From assembly GCF_009914755.1 (NCBI RefSeq), contig NC_060939.1: 64,000 bases of DNA. One strand, written 5' to 3'. Below are positions 15,591 through 47,316 of the stretch, in pieces (position 1 is the stretch's first letter; the number at the start of each line of letters is the position of its first letter). The DNA comes from the human T2T-CHM13v2.0 reference genome, Homo sapiens. A program made the translations under genes and the position numbers. A model generated the notes under the pieces. It saw only the letters and a list, made by a program, of their open reading frames with translations, was not told where the DNA came from and ran no database searches.

Positions 15591-16455
15591 TGAACTCCCA
15601 AGCTCAGGCAATCGGCCCACCTCAGCCTCCCAAAGTGCCAGGATTATAGGCGAGAGTCACCGCGCCCAGCCACCATTAAGAAGTTTCTATATTTAAATAC
15701 AAACTTAAATCCACTCCAAACAATTGTAATGCTCCCCAGATTTACCCTAGTTATTGCCATTCAATGAATACCTTCCACGTATATATTCTATGGTTACATT
15801 ATTATAATTGGCTAATACTCATATCAACCAATATTTTGAAAGAATTGACAAACTCTTTTATCATGTAATAATATAACTTCTAGAGTCAACGTCCATACAA
15901 GCACGTTTTAGTAATTTTTTAGTAGAAAAAACATTGGATTGGGTTAGAGCTGAGAAAATTTGGCTCCACTTTGCCAATGTGTACTAAAATGGGTCATTAT
16001 ATTTTCTTTACCTTAGTTTTCTCATGTATAAAGCTAAATGATGAAATTAATGATCTTTAAACTCTAAAGTTCTGCTAGAGTCAATAATTACCACCAAATA
16101 ATAACCATTGCATTACTGCTCACGTTCCTGCAAACACTGTGAAAAGTCAAGGATTAGATATTTCAGTCTTTAGTACAACATACTATTACCTCCTAGGCAA
16201 AAAGACTGAAAGAACTATTATTTTCAGATGATGATGGCTTGGGAAGAAAAAACAAATTAATGACAGAAATATAAAATATATAAGTTGATAGCCTGATTTT
16301 GGACATAATGTAAAGGTTTTCTATATGATATGGCTGTGGGTTTCAAGTTTGAAAAAATAAAAATGAAAGATTTTCTCCCTAACTCTTTATTGTGAAAAAT
16401 TTCAAACTTACCACAAAGTTAAAGAATAGTACAATAGGCCAGGCACAGTGGCTCA

Positions 16456-16713
<258 letters not shown>

Positions 16714-17611
16714 TCAAAAAAAAAAAAAAAAAAAAGAATAGTATAATAAATACCATATACCTTTCACCTAGATTCACAAAGTGTTAACATTTCCGACACC
16801 TTGAGTGCCTCCTCTCTCTTTTTATTTTTGTGGAACCACTTGAAAACATTTGCAGATATGACATTTCCACTCTCTAATACCTGGCATGTGTTTTCTAAAA
16901 ATATACATTGTTTTATCTTTACAACACCACTATCACACTTAAGAAAATAAAATGTAATACAGTATCACCCATTATACAGTTCATTGTTAAATTTTCCCAA
17001 TTGCTCTCCAAATGTCTTTTATACCTCTTTTTTATGTCTCTTAATCTACTATGCTCCTATTGCTTTTTTTGTATTTTATGACATTAACTGATGTTAGAGT
17101 CCAAGTCAGTTAATTGTCTTGTGGTATGGTCCATATTCTGGATTTGTCTGAATGTTAACTCATAATTAAATTCGGGTTAAATGTTTTGAACAAGAATACT
17201 ACACAGATAATATTGTGTATTTATTATATCATATCTGACTGAACATAATGAAAGGTTGCTCCAATATTGATGATGCTGTTTGCTAAGTTAGTTAAATGGT
17301 GCCTGCCAGATCGCTCCATTGTAAAGATATGCTGTTTAACTTTGTAACTAATAATCAATCTGTGGGTGATAATTTGAGATCATAGGTTTAGAATCCATTA
17401 ATGACCTTATCTAAATCAATTATTATATTGAGGGTTTTTAAAATGGTGATTTTTCTATTTTATCTTTCTTTCTATATTTACTAGCTGCTATTTTTGTAAA
17501 GGAAAATTTCCCTTCTCCCACCCTTATCTTCCTTATTTTCTTCCTTCTTTCCTTTCTTCCTTCTGTCCTTCCTTTTTTCTTTATGTCTGCTTTTGGAGTA
17601 TCATATACACG

Positions 17612-17710
17612 TATGGAATGCTTCACGAATTTGCTTGTCGTCTTTGCACAGGGGCCATGCTAATCTCTGTATTGTTCCAATTTTAGTATGTGTGCTGCCG
17701 AAGCAAGCAC
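17612..17710 (-). pseudogene. U6 snRNA pseudogene (left copy)
   Basis: Reverse complement reads GTGCTTGCTTCGGCAGCACA...ACAGAGA...TAGCATGGCCCC...GAAGCATTCCATA; lacks the terminal T-run; embedded in an old L1. Confidence 0.9.
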
Positions 17711-18270
17711 ATGGATTCTTTTTACCTAACATATTATAATCCATTATTGTCATTATTAGTTTCAATGCTCAATTGTTCCCAAATTTGGCTATTACTTAAA
17801 GATTCTGAAGTAAGTTAAAAGCATAAGTAAATCTGAGGCAGGATGGCAAAAGCTACAAAACAGCTATTTTTCCAGTATTGTACACTATTTTTTTCTTTTT
17901 TTTCGTTAATCAGGCAGCCCCTGAACCAGAATAGGTTCAGACAGACTCTTGTACACATTTATTGAGGGGTGTTATTCAAAACATTGAACAAACAGCATGT
18001 CACAGAAATTAACCAATCAGAATCTACACTGGCAGTAAAGAACTGGTAAATACTATGCACCTGTTATTCTCTTCCTATTACTAACAGAAGCAAATTTTCA
18101 AGTTTCTTATAGGAATAATTTTATTTATACAAAATAACCTCAATTTTACTAATGTACTACTATAAAACAAAGTCAAACAAAATAATATTCAATAACAGCA
18201 TGCCCTTTAAATTTCTTAATCTGTGCCGGGCACAGTGGCTCACGCCTGTAATCCCAGCACTTTGGGATTA

Positions 18271-18537
<267 letters not shown>

Positions 18538-18954
18538 TTAAACTGACTCATTGGTGCTAACATGTCACAAGTAAACATTTTAAAGATAACTTTGCTTTCA
18601 GAAAATGTTGAAACTGTAGATTCTAATCAAGTACCTTAATTTACTCTTACCTTTTCTATCAGAAAATGTTGGTCTTGTTCTCAAATAAAACTACCAATTT
18701 TTCTTCTTATTTCTGTGGTGAGAAAAACAAATCCAATATTTTTTTTTTGGAATCTTCTGAATTTTGCTTAAAGTCTGAAATTTCTAGGCCAGTGTTATTC
18801 TATTTGCAACAAAATCACATAACACACTTGTTAAAATGCAGATTCCTATTGAATCAGATCATTGAGGAGGAGCTCTGGAATTTGCATTTCTAACAAACTC
18901 TCCAGATGATTCTAATACACTTTGCTAATCATTGTTGTAGACGTTTCCTGCTAG

Positions 18955-19268
18955 AATATATCTATATCTATATCTGTATCTCTATATACATTAGATGTAT
19001 ATATATAATTGAGATATGTTCATCCACTCTTATATCTATATTTGTATCTACATATACATTAGATATACATCAATATCTATATCTGTATCATTAGATATAC
19101 ATTAGATGTATATGTATACACATGTAGATATACATCTACATATATATATCTCTATATATAATAATGCATATGTATCTATATAATGCATTAGATATATATT
19201 AGATGTATATCTAATGTCTATATAGCTACAGATATTGATACAGATACAGATATATAGATATAGATATA
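18955..19268. repeat. TA-rich low-complexity tract (paralog 50930-51272)
   Basis: Degenerate TATATC/TAGATA repeats. Confidence 0.9.
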
Positions 19269-21961
19269 AAAAAGGGGTGGATGAACAATATGTCTAGTAA
19301 ACATGGTAGTACAGGAATTCTACAATGGTCAGTATGTCAAACAACAATGTCGTCATCCAAACTCAATGATCTCAAAAGTTTTCACAGTAGCCAAAAGGAC
19401 AAAAAAGGTAATATTACCCTAGACTTTTGCTGTCCAGTATGGCAGCCACTAGCTACATGTAGGTACTGAGCACTGGAAATGTGTGGTTAATCCAAATTGA
19501 GAGGTGCTGTAAGTATAAAATAAATACAGGATTTTGAAGACTTAGTATCAAAAAAATGTAGGGTATCTCAGTTTTTATAGATTATATATTGACATGATAA
19601 TATTTTAGATATATTAGGTTAAATAAAATATATTCCTAAAATTAATTCTACTCACTTAATTATTCAATTAATTTTTTTAGAGAAGGGGGTCTCAGCTTGT
19701 TGCCCAGGCTGGAATGCAGTGGCTATTCACAGGCGAGATCATGGTACACTGCAGCCTCAAATTCCTGGGCTCAAGGAATTTTAAAATTCGCATTTTAAAA
19801 ATGCGAATCAATGGATTTATTATCATAACCAATCTTTAAATATCAGAAGAAAAAATTAGAAAAATAATGAAGGGATTCAAAACTAGCAAAGAATACATTT
19901 ATTAAACGCTTACCACATCAGATACCTTAATACATTATCTTATTTTAAAAAACAATTTGAAATTATTAAAATAAATAGAGACAGGGTCTCACCATGTTAC
20001 CCTGTTGCCCAGGCTAGTCTTGAATTCCTGGGCTCAAGAGATCCGCTCCCCTCAGTTTCCCAAAGTGCTGGGATTACAGGCACGCCCTACCGCGCCCGGC
20101 CTATTATCTCATTTTATCCTCAAAACAACTTCAGAGAAGTAACTTGCTACAAGATCACAAAAGTAGTAAGCATCAGATCATAGCCTGTGAAGTTAAGATC
20201 TGCGTCTGTCTTATTCTCCACTGAATCCCCAGCACCTACCCAGGTTGAAACCTGGCACACAGGAAGAGCTCAATGAATGTATGAATAAACAATACATAAA
20301 CAAAGTCAGGATATACACCCAAGGCAATCTGATCCAAAGTCCATGCTTTTTCCACTTATGTTAAATAGATACAAAATTCAAAAATATGTGACTGAGAGTA
20401 AAATAAGTACAGTTGAATTTGGCTGTTTAACAGAGATTAGCTGGATTTGGCTGTCTGACAGGGATTGGCTGAATGATCTTTGCTAACCTTTTTGCAGGCA
20501 CGCAGGAGGAAGAATGAAACGACCCAAAGCCACCGAGTTTTTTATTTCGGCATTAGCTACTGCAGGGAGATAGTAGGCATGAAAACCTGTGGCATTATCC
20601 TCTATGTAATCAAGACTCTGATATATTCTAGGAGAAAGAAAGGAAATATTTTAGGTTATGAAAGAAACAAGAATGTATTCAAACTTTCAAAAGAATAAAT
20701 AAATAACTGGAAGTAGGGAGACAATTACATTGAAGCATACATGTATGCTGTCCTTTTCTGGCAAGGAAGGAAAAACATATGGCATAAGATACTACTTTCT
20801 GGGGGCCTATATCTGGCACATCTCAGCTTTACAGGGTTGGTTAATGACCATATGAATTAGGAAACTTGATATAAAACGGTCGTGTTCACTGGGCATCAAC
20901 AGTGGATAGAGCTAGCAGCCTATGGGGCTTATCCATGGTCATTGCTATAAAGAGGGATCAATTAATCCTGAGGTGAAGAGTGCGCATGCAATCAGAGAAA
21001 CCTTCACATATAGAAAGCAACATATTTTCTATAGATGGAGATAAGAAAAGCATTACAAGAAAAAGGCACGCATGAAGGCACAATAATGGCATTTCGGGTT
21101 GACTGGGCTACCGAAGGCATGAGAAAAACTGGGAAATAAACAAGGCAGGCACAGCCACGATCTAAATCTGTAGGAAATCGCGGGGGCAGGAGGAAGTGGG
21201 GAAAGGAGGGTGGTAGGGCCCTGATCTGATGTCTGGTTTGTAAACGAAATCTGACAGCCATGCGAAGGGGGATCTCAGGGAACAGATTCAAGGCACAGTA
21301 ACGGCTTAGGAAGTTACTTTGATAGCCCCGGCCAAAAGGGAATTAATGTGCTACTAAGTTAGTGGCAGTGAGGATGAAGAACAATTACAGGGATCTAATT
21401 CATGGTATTCGGCCTCTGACTGATTCATGGCGTAGGGTTGTTATTCAAAGTTTTGGAGAACACAGACCCTAGCGCAGGTATGGCAGGGACTACAGGAACC
21501 CGCCACCACGCCCAGCTAATTTTTTGTATTTTTAGTAGAGACGGGGTTTCACCGTGTTTGCCAGGATGGTCTTGATCTCCTGACTTCGTGATCCGCCCGC
21601 CTCGGCCTCCCAAAGTGCTGGGGTTACAGGCGTGAGCCACGGCGCCCAGCCTGCAGCAATATTTTTTAAAGGTAATCGTAGTGACCAGGGTATCTGCTAA
21701 TATTAGAACATTGATTGAGAAGAAATTGAACCCTGAAGATTGAAATGGGGAAACACAGGCAAGCCCCCAGTGAAAGAGTGGACCTCAAACTAAATTTACC
21801 GAGTTCTCTCCTCTCCACCCCCTGGTCAAAGCAGCCCTTCAGCACCCAGCTGAGGAGGGTACCTCCCTTTGCCTGAAGAACATGCAATGCCCCCCTGTGA
21901 GGTAGTTAACTTGAAAGACACTGCTGAGTCTCACCAGAACCTATTTTAATAACATTATCCC

Positions 21962-22280
21962 GGCCAGGCGCGGTGGCTCACGCCTGTAATCCCAGCACTT
22001 TGGGAGGCCGAGGCGGGTGGATCACGAGGTCAGGAGATCGAGACCATCCTGGCTAACATGGTGAAACCCCCGTCTCTACTAAAAAATACAAAAAATTAGC
22101 CGAGCGTGGTGGCGGGCACCTGTAGTTCCAGCTACTTGGGAGGCTGAGGCAGGAGAGTGGCATGAACCTGCGAGTCAGAGCTTGCAGTGAGCCGAGATCG
22201 CGCCACTGCACTCCAGCCTGGGCGACAAAGCGAGACTCCATCTCAAAAAGAACACAAAAAAAAAAAAACAACAAAAAACA
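21962..22280 (+). mobile_element. AluY specific to the left arm
   Basis: TSD CATTATCCC; empty site at ~39667-39677. Confidence 0.9.
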
Positions 22281-22901
22281 CCCATTATCCCAATTTATGT
22301 AGACATTAAGTGGGATCAAGGCAGAAGCAATATAAAGTTGGATTAGGCTAAATGTATTGACATGGGTCAACTAAGCAGAGATCCTGGATGCAGCATTCCT
22401 AGCTCCAGGAGTTAGGAAGGGCTTTGTTTGGTTGGTTGGCTAAAATGTGAGCCCAAAGGTAGCCTATACTAAGTGAAGTTGAAATGCCAGACTGTCTTGG
22501 TGTACTATGGGAGAAAGATTGTTAAAGACTTAGAGGTATGGGAAGACAGAGTGGATTTATCATGTAAGGCCGGCTCACCCATGATCAGGGAATTCAGAGG
22601 ACACACGTTTCACCACAGCTGTTAGAAATGAATTTGTGAGGGGAACCCTAGCATCCTTAAGATCTCTGTGGTCATTCTTCTCTGTAGGTCAGAAATGACA
22701 GTGGGAACTGCAACCACCAAACTTAAGATCCCTAAATGCAATGAGGTGCCAAGTGGCAACACTTGATTGTCAAAGACAAGGTGGGTGTGGTCACCACAAT
22801 GGACAGTGGAACGAAAGAAGTGATCAGAGTAGACTGACTCAGAGAGATCTCTGGAGTTGACTGGTTATCAGGATGGTTCTAGGAAAGAAATAGATGGCCG
22901 G

Positions 22902-23329
22902 AGTTTTAGCACCTTTTTTGTGTAGTTATGATAGAATACCTGAGACTGGATCATTTGTAAAGAAAAGAAGTTTATTTAGCTAGTTGTTCTGCAGGTTGGG
23001 AAGTGGGACATGGCACTGGCATCTGCTCATCTTCTGGTGGGGGTCACATGCTATGTCAGAACATGGAAGAGAAGGTCAAAAGGGAAGAGAGAAAAACCAA
23101 GGGGCATCCTGTTTTCATAACAACCCACTCTTGAAGAAACTAATGCATTCCTGAAAGAATGAATCCCACCTCACCAGAGCAAGGACTCACTCACTGCTGT
23201 GAGAACAGCATCAAACCATCTATGACCCAACACCTGCCACTAGGCCCCACCTCCCAACACCTCACCTTGAAGATCAAATTTCAACATGTATTTTGGTGGC
23301 GGCAAACAAACCATATCCAAACCACAGCA
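22902..23329 (-). mobile_element. MST-type MaLR solo LTR inserted in the ERV-L
   Basis: Minus strand starts TGCTGTGGTTTGGATATGG and contains CCAGTCTCAGGTATTC near its 3' end; 5-bp TSD gccgg/gccag. Confidence 0.75.
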
Positions 23330-24638
23330 GCCAGTCTACTAAATTCTCATTAGCCTGTGCAGTCAGAAAGATCTAGGTCCAGTGAACAGAAGTCTGACTT
23401 AAATCATCAAAAGAGAGTTACGGCTCCACAATCAATTCACAAACTAGAACCAGTTTATAGAATTCTTTCCTTTGAATTAAGAGGAAAGGTTCCCTTGAGG
23501 AAGGAACACAATACAATGTCAGAAACTTGTAATGCTGATTTTCCTCCCAGCCATCCCCAAAGGCACCCACAGCCCTTTGTCACAATGAGTGCCTTGAAGA
23601 AAGGGAAGTAATAAGACTTTTAAGGGATTGCTGGCTCTAAACTGACACTAATTCCTGAAGATGAATACTACCTGTGGCCCATCAGTCAGAATAGGTCTTT
23701 ATGCAGGTCAGGTCATTGATGGACTTTTAGCTCAGATCTGTCTCATAGTTGACCGACTGTCTCCCTGAACCCAACCTGCACTCATTTCCTTAATTCTGGA
23801 ATTCATAATTGGAAGAGACAGTCTCAGCAACTGGCAGAATCCCCAAATCCACAGGTTTCCAACCCGTGGAGTAAGGGCTATTATGGTAGGCAAGGTCAAG
23901 GAGAAGCCCCTAGAAGTGCTGCTCTTTCTACAAAAATAATTAGCCACAAGCAATACTGCATTCTGGAAGGACTGCAGAAATCAGTGCTACGATCAGGATA
24001 CAGGGGTGATGATTGCACCACATTCCTGTTCAATGCACCAATTTGGTCCATGGAGAAGACAGACCGATATTGGAGAATGATAGTGGATTATCATAAATTA
24101 TTCAGATGGTGACTCCAGTTGCAGCTGCTCTTTTCCAGATGTGGTTTTGTTGCTTTAGCCAATCAACCATCCTCTGGTACTTGATTTGCAGCTACTGATC
24201 TGAAGAATGCCTTTTTTATTTTCTTTATACCTATTAGTGAAGACCACTAGAGGCACTTTGATTTCAGCTGGCTAAGCTAGAAATACATTTTTGCTATCCA
24301 ACCACAGGTGTTTATCAACACTCCAGCCTATACTTGATCACCTTTCCTTTCCACAGCACCTCACACTGGTTTATTACTTTTTTTTTTTTTTTTTTTTTTT
24401 GCAACAGAGTCTCGCTCTGTCCCCCAGGCTGGAGTGCAGTGGTGAGATCTCTACTCACTGCAAGCTCCGCCTCCTGGGTTCATGCCATTTCCTGCCTCAG
24501 CCTCCTGAGTTGTTGGGACTACAGGGCCGGCCACTACGCCCAGCTAATTTTTTTGTATTTTTTTTTTTTTTAGTAGAGACGGGGTTTCACCGTGTTAGCC
24601 AGGATGGTCTCAATCTCCTGACCTCATGATCCGCCTGT

Positions 24639-27440
<2,802 letters not shown>

Positions 27441-27441
27441 C

Positions 27442-29812
<2,371 letters not shown>

Positions 29813-30492
29813 GTAGAGAGTCTGGATTTCTAGAGAATATGAAGGGAGGACATTGCAAAACGCAGCAGCCAGGGGGAGGAAATATCCTGGAGGAAGTTGA
29901 ACTTCACTCTGATTGGGAATCTATCCAGGTTGAAGCCCCTCTACAGAGGTCCCCAGAATGCTCCCCTCTTTCCCCACTGAGTTGGCTGGGAAGTAAAGTC
30001 CAAGATGACAGCTGCAATTGTTCCCATGTAGAAGTGTCCTCCAAGGGATCCGAATAAACTTAGAGTTTTCTTATCCTGACTGTGCCGATAAGGAGAATGG
30101 CCAACCCGGGTACACAAAGTGGAGGCCACTGTCCAGTATCTCTTGGCAGGTCACACTCTATCCTTTTCTGCTCACATCAGCTGGGCTGCTAACACCTCCC
30201 AGTGATAGTGTATCCAGGCTGGTCACCCGATGATGGTGTCTTGTCCATTTGGAAGGCCCAGACCAATCAGCAGAAGTGAAAAACTCACCCTACAATTTAC
30301 TGCTCCTAGAACAAATTCTTTGTCTTGCTGATAATTCTCCTGTGCATGGCTGAAACTATCAGCTCTGGGACAATGCGCATAACTTTGCATGGATGATAAA
30401 GCTCCATTTATTTATTTGGCTGAATAGAGTTACTATACTATTACTTCCTCTATGAGTTTCTGACATAAAGTCAGACAAACTCAAATGCAAGC

Positions 30493-32904
30493 TTATTTTT
30501 ATTTATTTTTATTTATTTATTTATTTTCTGTTTCATGTACCTTTTATTAAAAATAGTTTTTATATTGGACACATGTTTACAGATACCATTTTAAGAGGAC
30601 CTAAAGCATACAAATATGGGCTCTTGGCTTGCTTCACTGAATGAAGATAAAGATATAAAAACCCATATCTGTCTGAGGGTAGTCATTTAAAGACAGCCAC
30701 TAACGTGGAATTCTCACAATTGTTCTTTTAAGGGATATTTTAAGCCTTGTTCTCTTATCGTCGTAGGTAAGCACTTGTACCATGAAAACTGTAACCTGTA
30801 CTTCAAGAAAACATTCACATTTCTGCTACAAGAAAAGGTTCTGATGATTTAAATGTTTAAGACTTATGGCAGCTTTTCAGAAAGAAAAAGGGTCTTCATA
30901 AGATACAAAGATAGGGAGGCTGAGGCGGGTGGATCGTGAGGTCAGGAGTTCAAGACCAGCCTGGCCAAGATGGTGAAACCCCGTCTCTACTGAAAATACA
31001 AAAATTAGCCTGGCATGGTGACAGGCACCTGTAATCCCAGCTACTCAGGAGGCTGAGGCAGAGAATTGCTTGAACCTAGGTGGTGGAGGTTGCAATAAGC
31101 CGAAATCATGAAACTGCACTCCAGCCTGGGCAACAGTGCGAGATTCAAACAAACAAACAAAAAGTAACTAGGAAAGTGTTTTACATGTGGGCTTATTATA
31201 AGAAGAAATTTACTAAAAGCTGAGAGATGGGTCTCAATAAAACTTGCTGATTCAAAGAAAGTGGATGGGAACTTTACTGATCTTGGTTTAAAATATCCTG
31301 AGTCACCTGCCTTATGAGGTGGAAGGTCTTTCTTTCTTATTATATGTACACCTTTAATTGAAGAGGTGAGAAAAGCTCCATATTGTGATGCTATGATTTC
31401 CCCAAGGCTTACCTTCTATAAGCAGTCAGTGATAAAGTGCTGTTGACCCACATTTGTTTAGAATTATTTCATTAAAATTGGGGCATGGCCTAGCAGTTTA
31501 TAATAAATATTTATGGATAATTTTATTGGCTTTTAAAAGATACTGTAAAATTGACATATCTCAAAATGGAGTTAATTTATATTTACAACAAACCAAACAC
31601 AAATATCAATTATGGAATTACAGGGTCACATTTTAATTCCTGAATTTTACAGTTTAGCATTAATATCACCACATGTATACAAATGGTGTAAAACAAGTAC
31701 AGTGGTATTTTTAATACAAAATAAACATCTGTTTTATGGAAAAACTATACTTCATATCTACACAGACAGCTCATCTTTTCCAAACAATAGCCAAAATTAA
31801 AATTAACTACAAAATCTCCAAAACAGGGGAAACTGCTTCAGATTAAACTATTCCAGGAAAAATGGACCCGTAACACATTACAAGGGTGATCTAAAGATTG
31901 TAGTTGAAATTACTGTTAAAATTTTTTTCCCCAATGCATTAAATTGTATTTTGGGGACATTTTTCTCACTTCGGCATGATCTCAGATCATAGATGATCAA
32001 ACTAACATTAAAATATTTACAGTTAACTTGTTGCTCTAAAAATAAAACTTCTTAACTGTTTGCCTCAATTTATTTTTAAAATTCACTTACGTACATGGAA
32101 TGTGCTTTTACTCTTCTTAAAAAAGCAGTTTTCGTATCACACCCTTGTTTACAGAAAAGCTACATGTGCTTCATGCTGACTTTGACACTTAAGTAGCTTC
32201 TTGGATCAAAATGGCTTCTAGATACTAAATGCCACTTAATTCAGCACTATTCTTTGTTGGTCTGTATAAGTAACACTTTAAAACTTGCAGCTCTGGAAAG
32301 AGAGAGAACTTTACTAACAAAGTAGAAAGTGATTTCAAACTATCTTCCACAAAAGATTGTACTGGTAGGCGGTTGAAAACATTCTATTCGATCCACTTTC
32401 AAATTTCTAGAGAAAATCATTTTGGAATACTACTGTACTGATTCTTGGCCTTCGTTGTCTCTAAAAGTGCTGATTTTAACATTATCTTAAAACTGTCCAG
32501 TTTGAATTGAGCTTGTTTTCATCAATATACACATTGAAAATTCCTGGTGTAGAAAACTCAACATGTGCTGAATACGGGGTGTACTTCCCTTCAACTACCT
32601 AAAAGGCTGAACTTTTGTTAAATCTTAAAGAAATGGTCCCAACAGCTTAACTTCATTTTTTTAATGATAGTTGAATGTGTTTTCCATAAAAATTTACTTT
32701 AAAACGAGGCAACTGATTAAAACAACAACATGGCCATCACCATTATACAAGTAATGTTATTGAGTTTACAACTGAAGTTCTGTAAAATTGTTTCTAGATC
32801 GATACCCCGAGGAGCAACCCTGCATTATTATATCAACCTTTTCCCTTCCCCTAAACCGTCTCAAAAAACCCCTGGATTAGCACACTGAGCTAAGCCTCTG
32901 TCAC
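30493..32904 (-). pseudogene. 3'UTR-only processed retrocopy (resembles HNRNPA3 3'UTR from recall), interrupted by an Alu
   Basis: On the minus strand, AATAAA (30543-30548) lies ~15 nt before a decayed A-tail (30493-30527); ~2.1 kb of AU-rich unique sequence with no ORF. Parent-gene identity is from memory only. Confidence 0.6.
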
Positions 32905-32930
32905 AAAAAAAAAAAAAAAAAAAAAAAAAA

Positions 32931-46360
<13,430 letters not shown>

Positions 46361-46489
46361 AAAATAATACTTGATGCTGCAGAATCTGCCCTATGCCTGT
46401 AAACATAAAGCATGGTAACTTTGTTAATATTTAGGGTTTAAAACTCCCCACCTCAAAATTTAAAACAAAACCAACCAAACAAAAAACCC

Positions 46490-46725
46490 TCACCAACTCG
46501 AGTCGCCGCCCTCCTCTTATCAGGGGAAGGCTGAGAGGCCCCTAAGTGATCCCGAGAACCAGTCAGCTCAGTCTGGTAGTGACTGTCCCTTATCTGAGGG
46601 CCTCAGGCCCTTCCCGGCCATTCCTCTTGAGAACCAATCATCGAGCTTGACTTTGGACCTGGAACCAATCAGGGATCTCAGCTCTGCGGCCTCCTCTCTC
46701 ACATCTCCACAGGCTTGGCGACGCC
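46490..46725 (+). promoter_or_regulatory. TERB2 proximal promoter/5'UTR with two CCAAT boxes
   Basis: Local GC/CpG rise from ~46490 through exon 2; GAACCAATCA motifs with CCAAT at 46634 and 46665 (31 bp apart); no obvious TATA box. Confidence 0.65.
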
Positions 46726-46789
46726 ATGTTTCAAGGGCAGCGCGGTTGGTTTTGCGGCAGCGTTAGCCAGGATCTGAGGCAATTCTGGG
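46726..46789 (+). CDS. TERB2: TERB2 coding exon 1 (meiotic telomere TERB1-TERB2-MAJIN complex subunit)
   Basis: GACGCC-ATG at 46726; translates MFQGQRGWFCGSVSQDLRQFW, which I recognise as the TERB2 N-terminus; donor G|GTAGG at 46790. Confidence 0.95.
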
Positions 46790-46902
46790 GTAGGAAGCTG
46801 AGTGGAAGCAGCGGGTTAGGTGGTGAGGGGAGCATCCTCCTCTCTCTGATGCTTTGGGTCCAGGGTGCTTGATAGGTTCACCCTGTGCTCTTACCTCCAC
46901 AG

Positions 46903-46984
46903 TGGCTGAAGGGGGAACGATCAGTGACCCGCGAGCCGCCGACTTCTTGTTCAGCTGTGATGCCTCGCACCCAGACACGCTGAG
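46903..46984 (+). CDS. TERB2: TERB2 exon 2
   Basis: Acceptor ctcttacctccacAG (46901-2); (V)AEGGTISDPRAADFLFSCDASHPDTL(R); donor AG|GTACTG; in frame with exon 1. Confidence 0.95.
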
Positions 46985-47019
46985 GTACTGAGGGCGACCT
47001 GGCAGTGCCTCTTATGTTA

Positions 47020-47316
<297 letters not shown>

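Larger units (their letters stand above)
21483..24377. repeat. Inverted duplication block B, left arm (pairs with 38418-40146)
   Basis: ORF pairs 23357/39188 and 23732/38846; shared Alu-half and ERV-L sequence. Confidence 0.92.
21660..24377 (+). mobile_element. ERV-L internal remnant (gag/pro/RT), decayed
   Basis: ~24071 onward encodes frameshifted WRM.VDYHKL..MVTPVAAA..PDVV..GT..AA.DL.NAFF, typical of ERV-L RT; mirrored at 38430-39960 on the minus strand. Confidence 0.75.

Noticed and set aside
18955-19268. Regularly repeated AT-rich motifs as a possible CRISPR-like or structured array
   Set aside because: Degenerate microsatellite in eukaryotic DNA with no repeat-spacer periodicity.
20480-20698. 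72-aa ORF (and its twin at 48309-48527)
   Set aside because: Antisense shadow of TERB2 exon 3 with a TTG start.
23357-24300. Possible functional retroviral pro/pol gene
   Set aside because: ERV-L motifs are broken by many stops and frameshifts, and no paired flanking LTRs are visible.
29820-30480. Unassigned moderately GC-rich stretch with three overlapping short ORFs
   Set aside because: No recognisable protein similarity or exon structure; probably an old repeat, and I cannot classify it without RepeatMasker.
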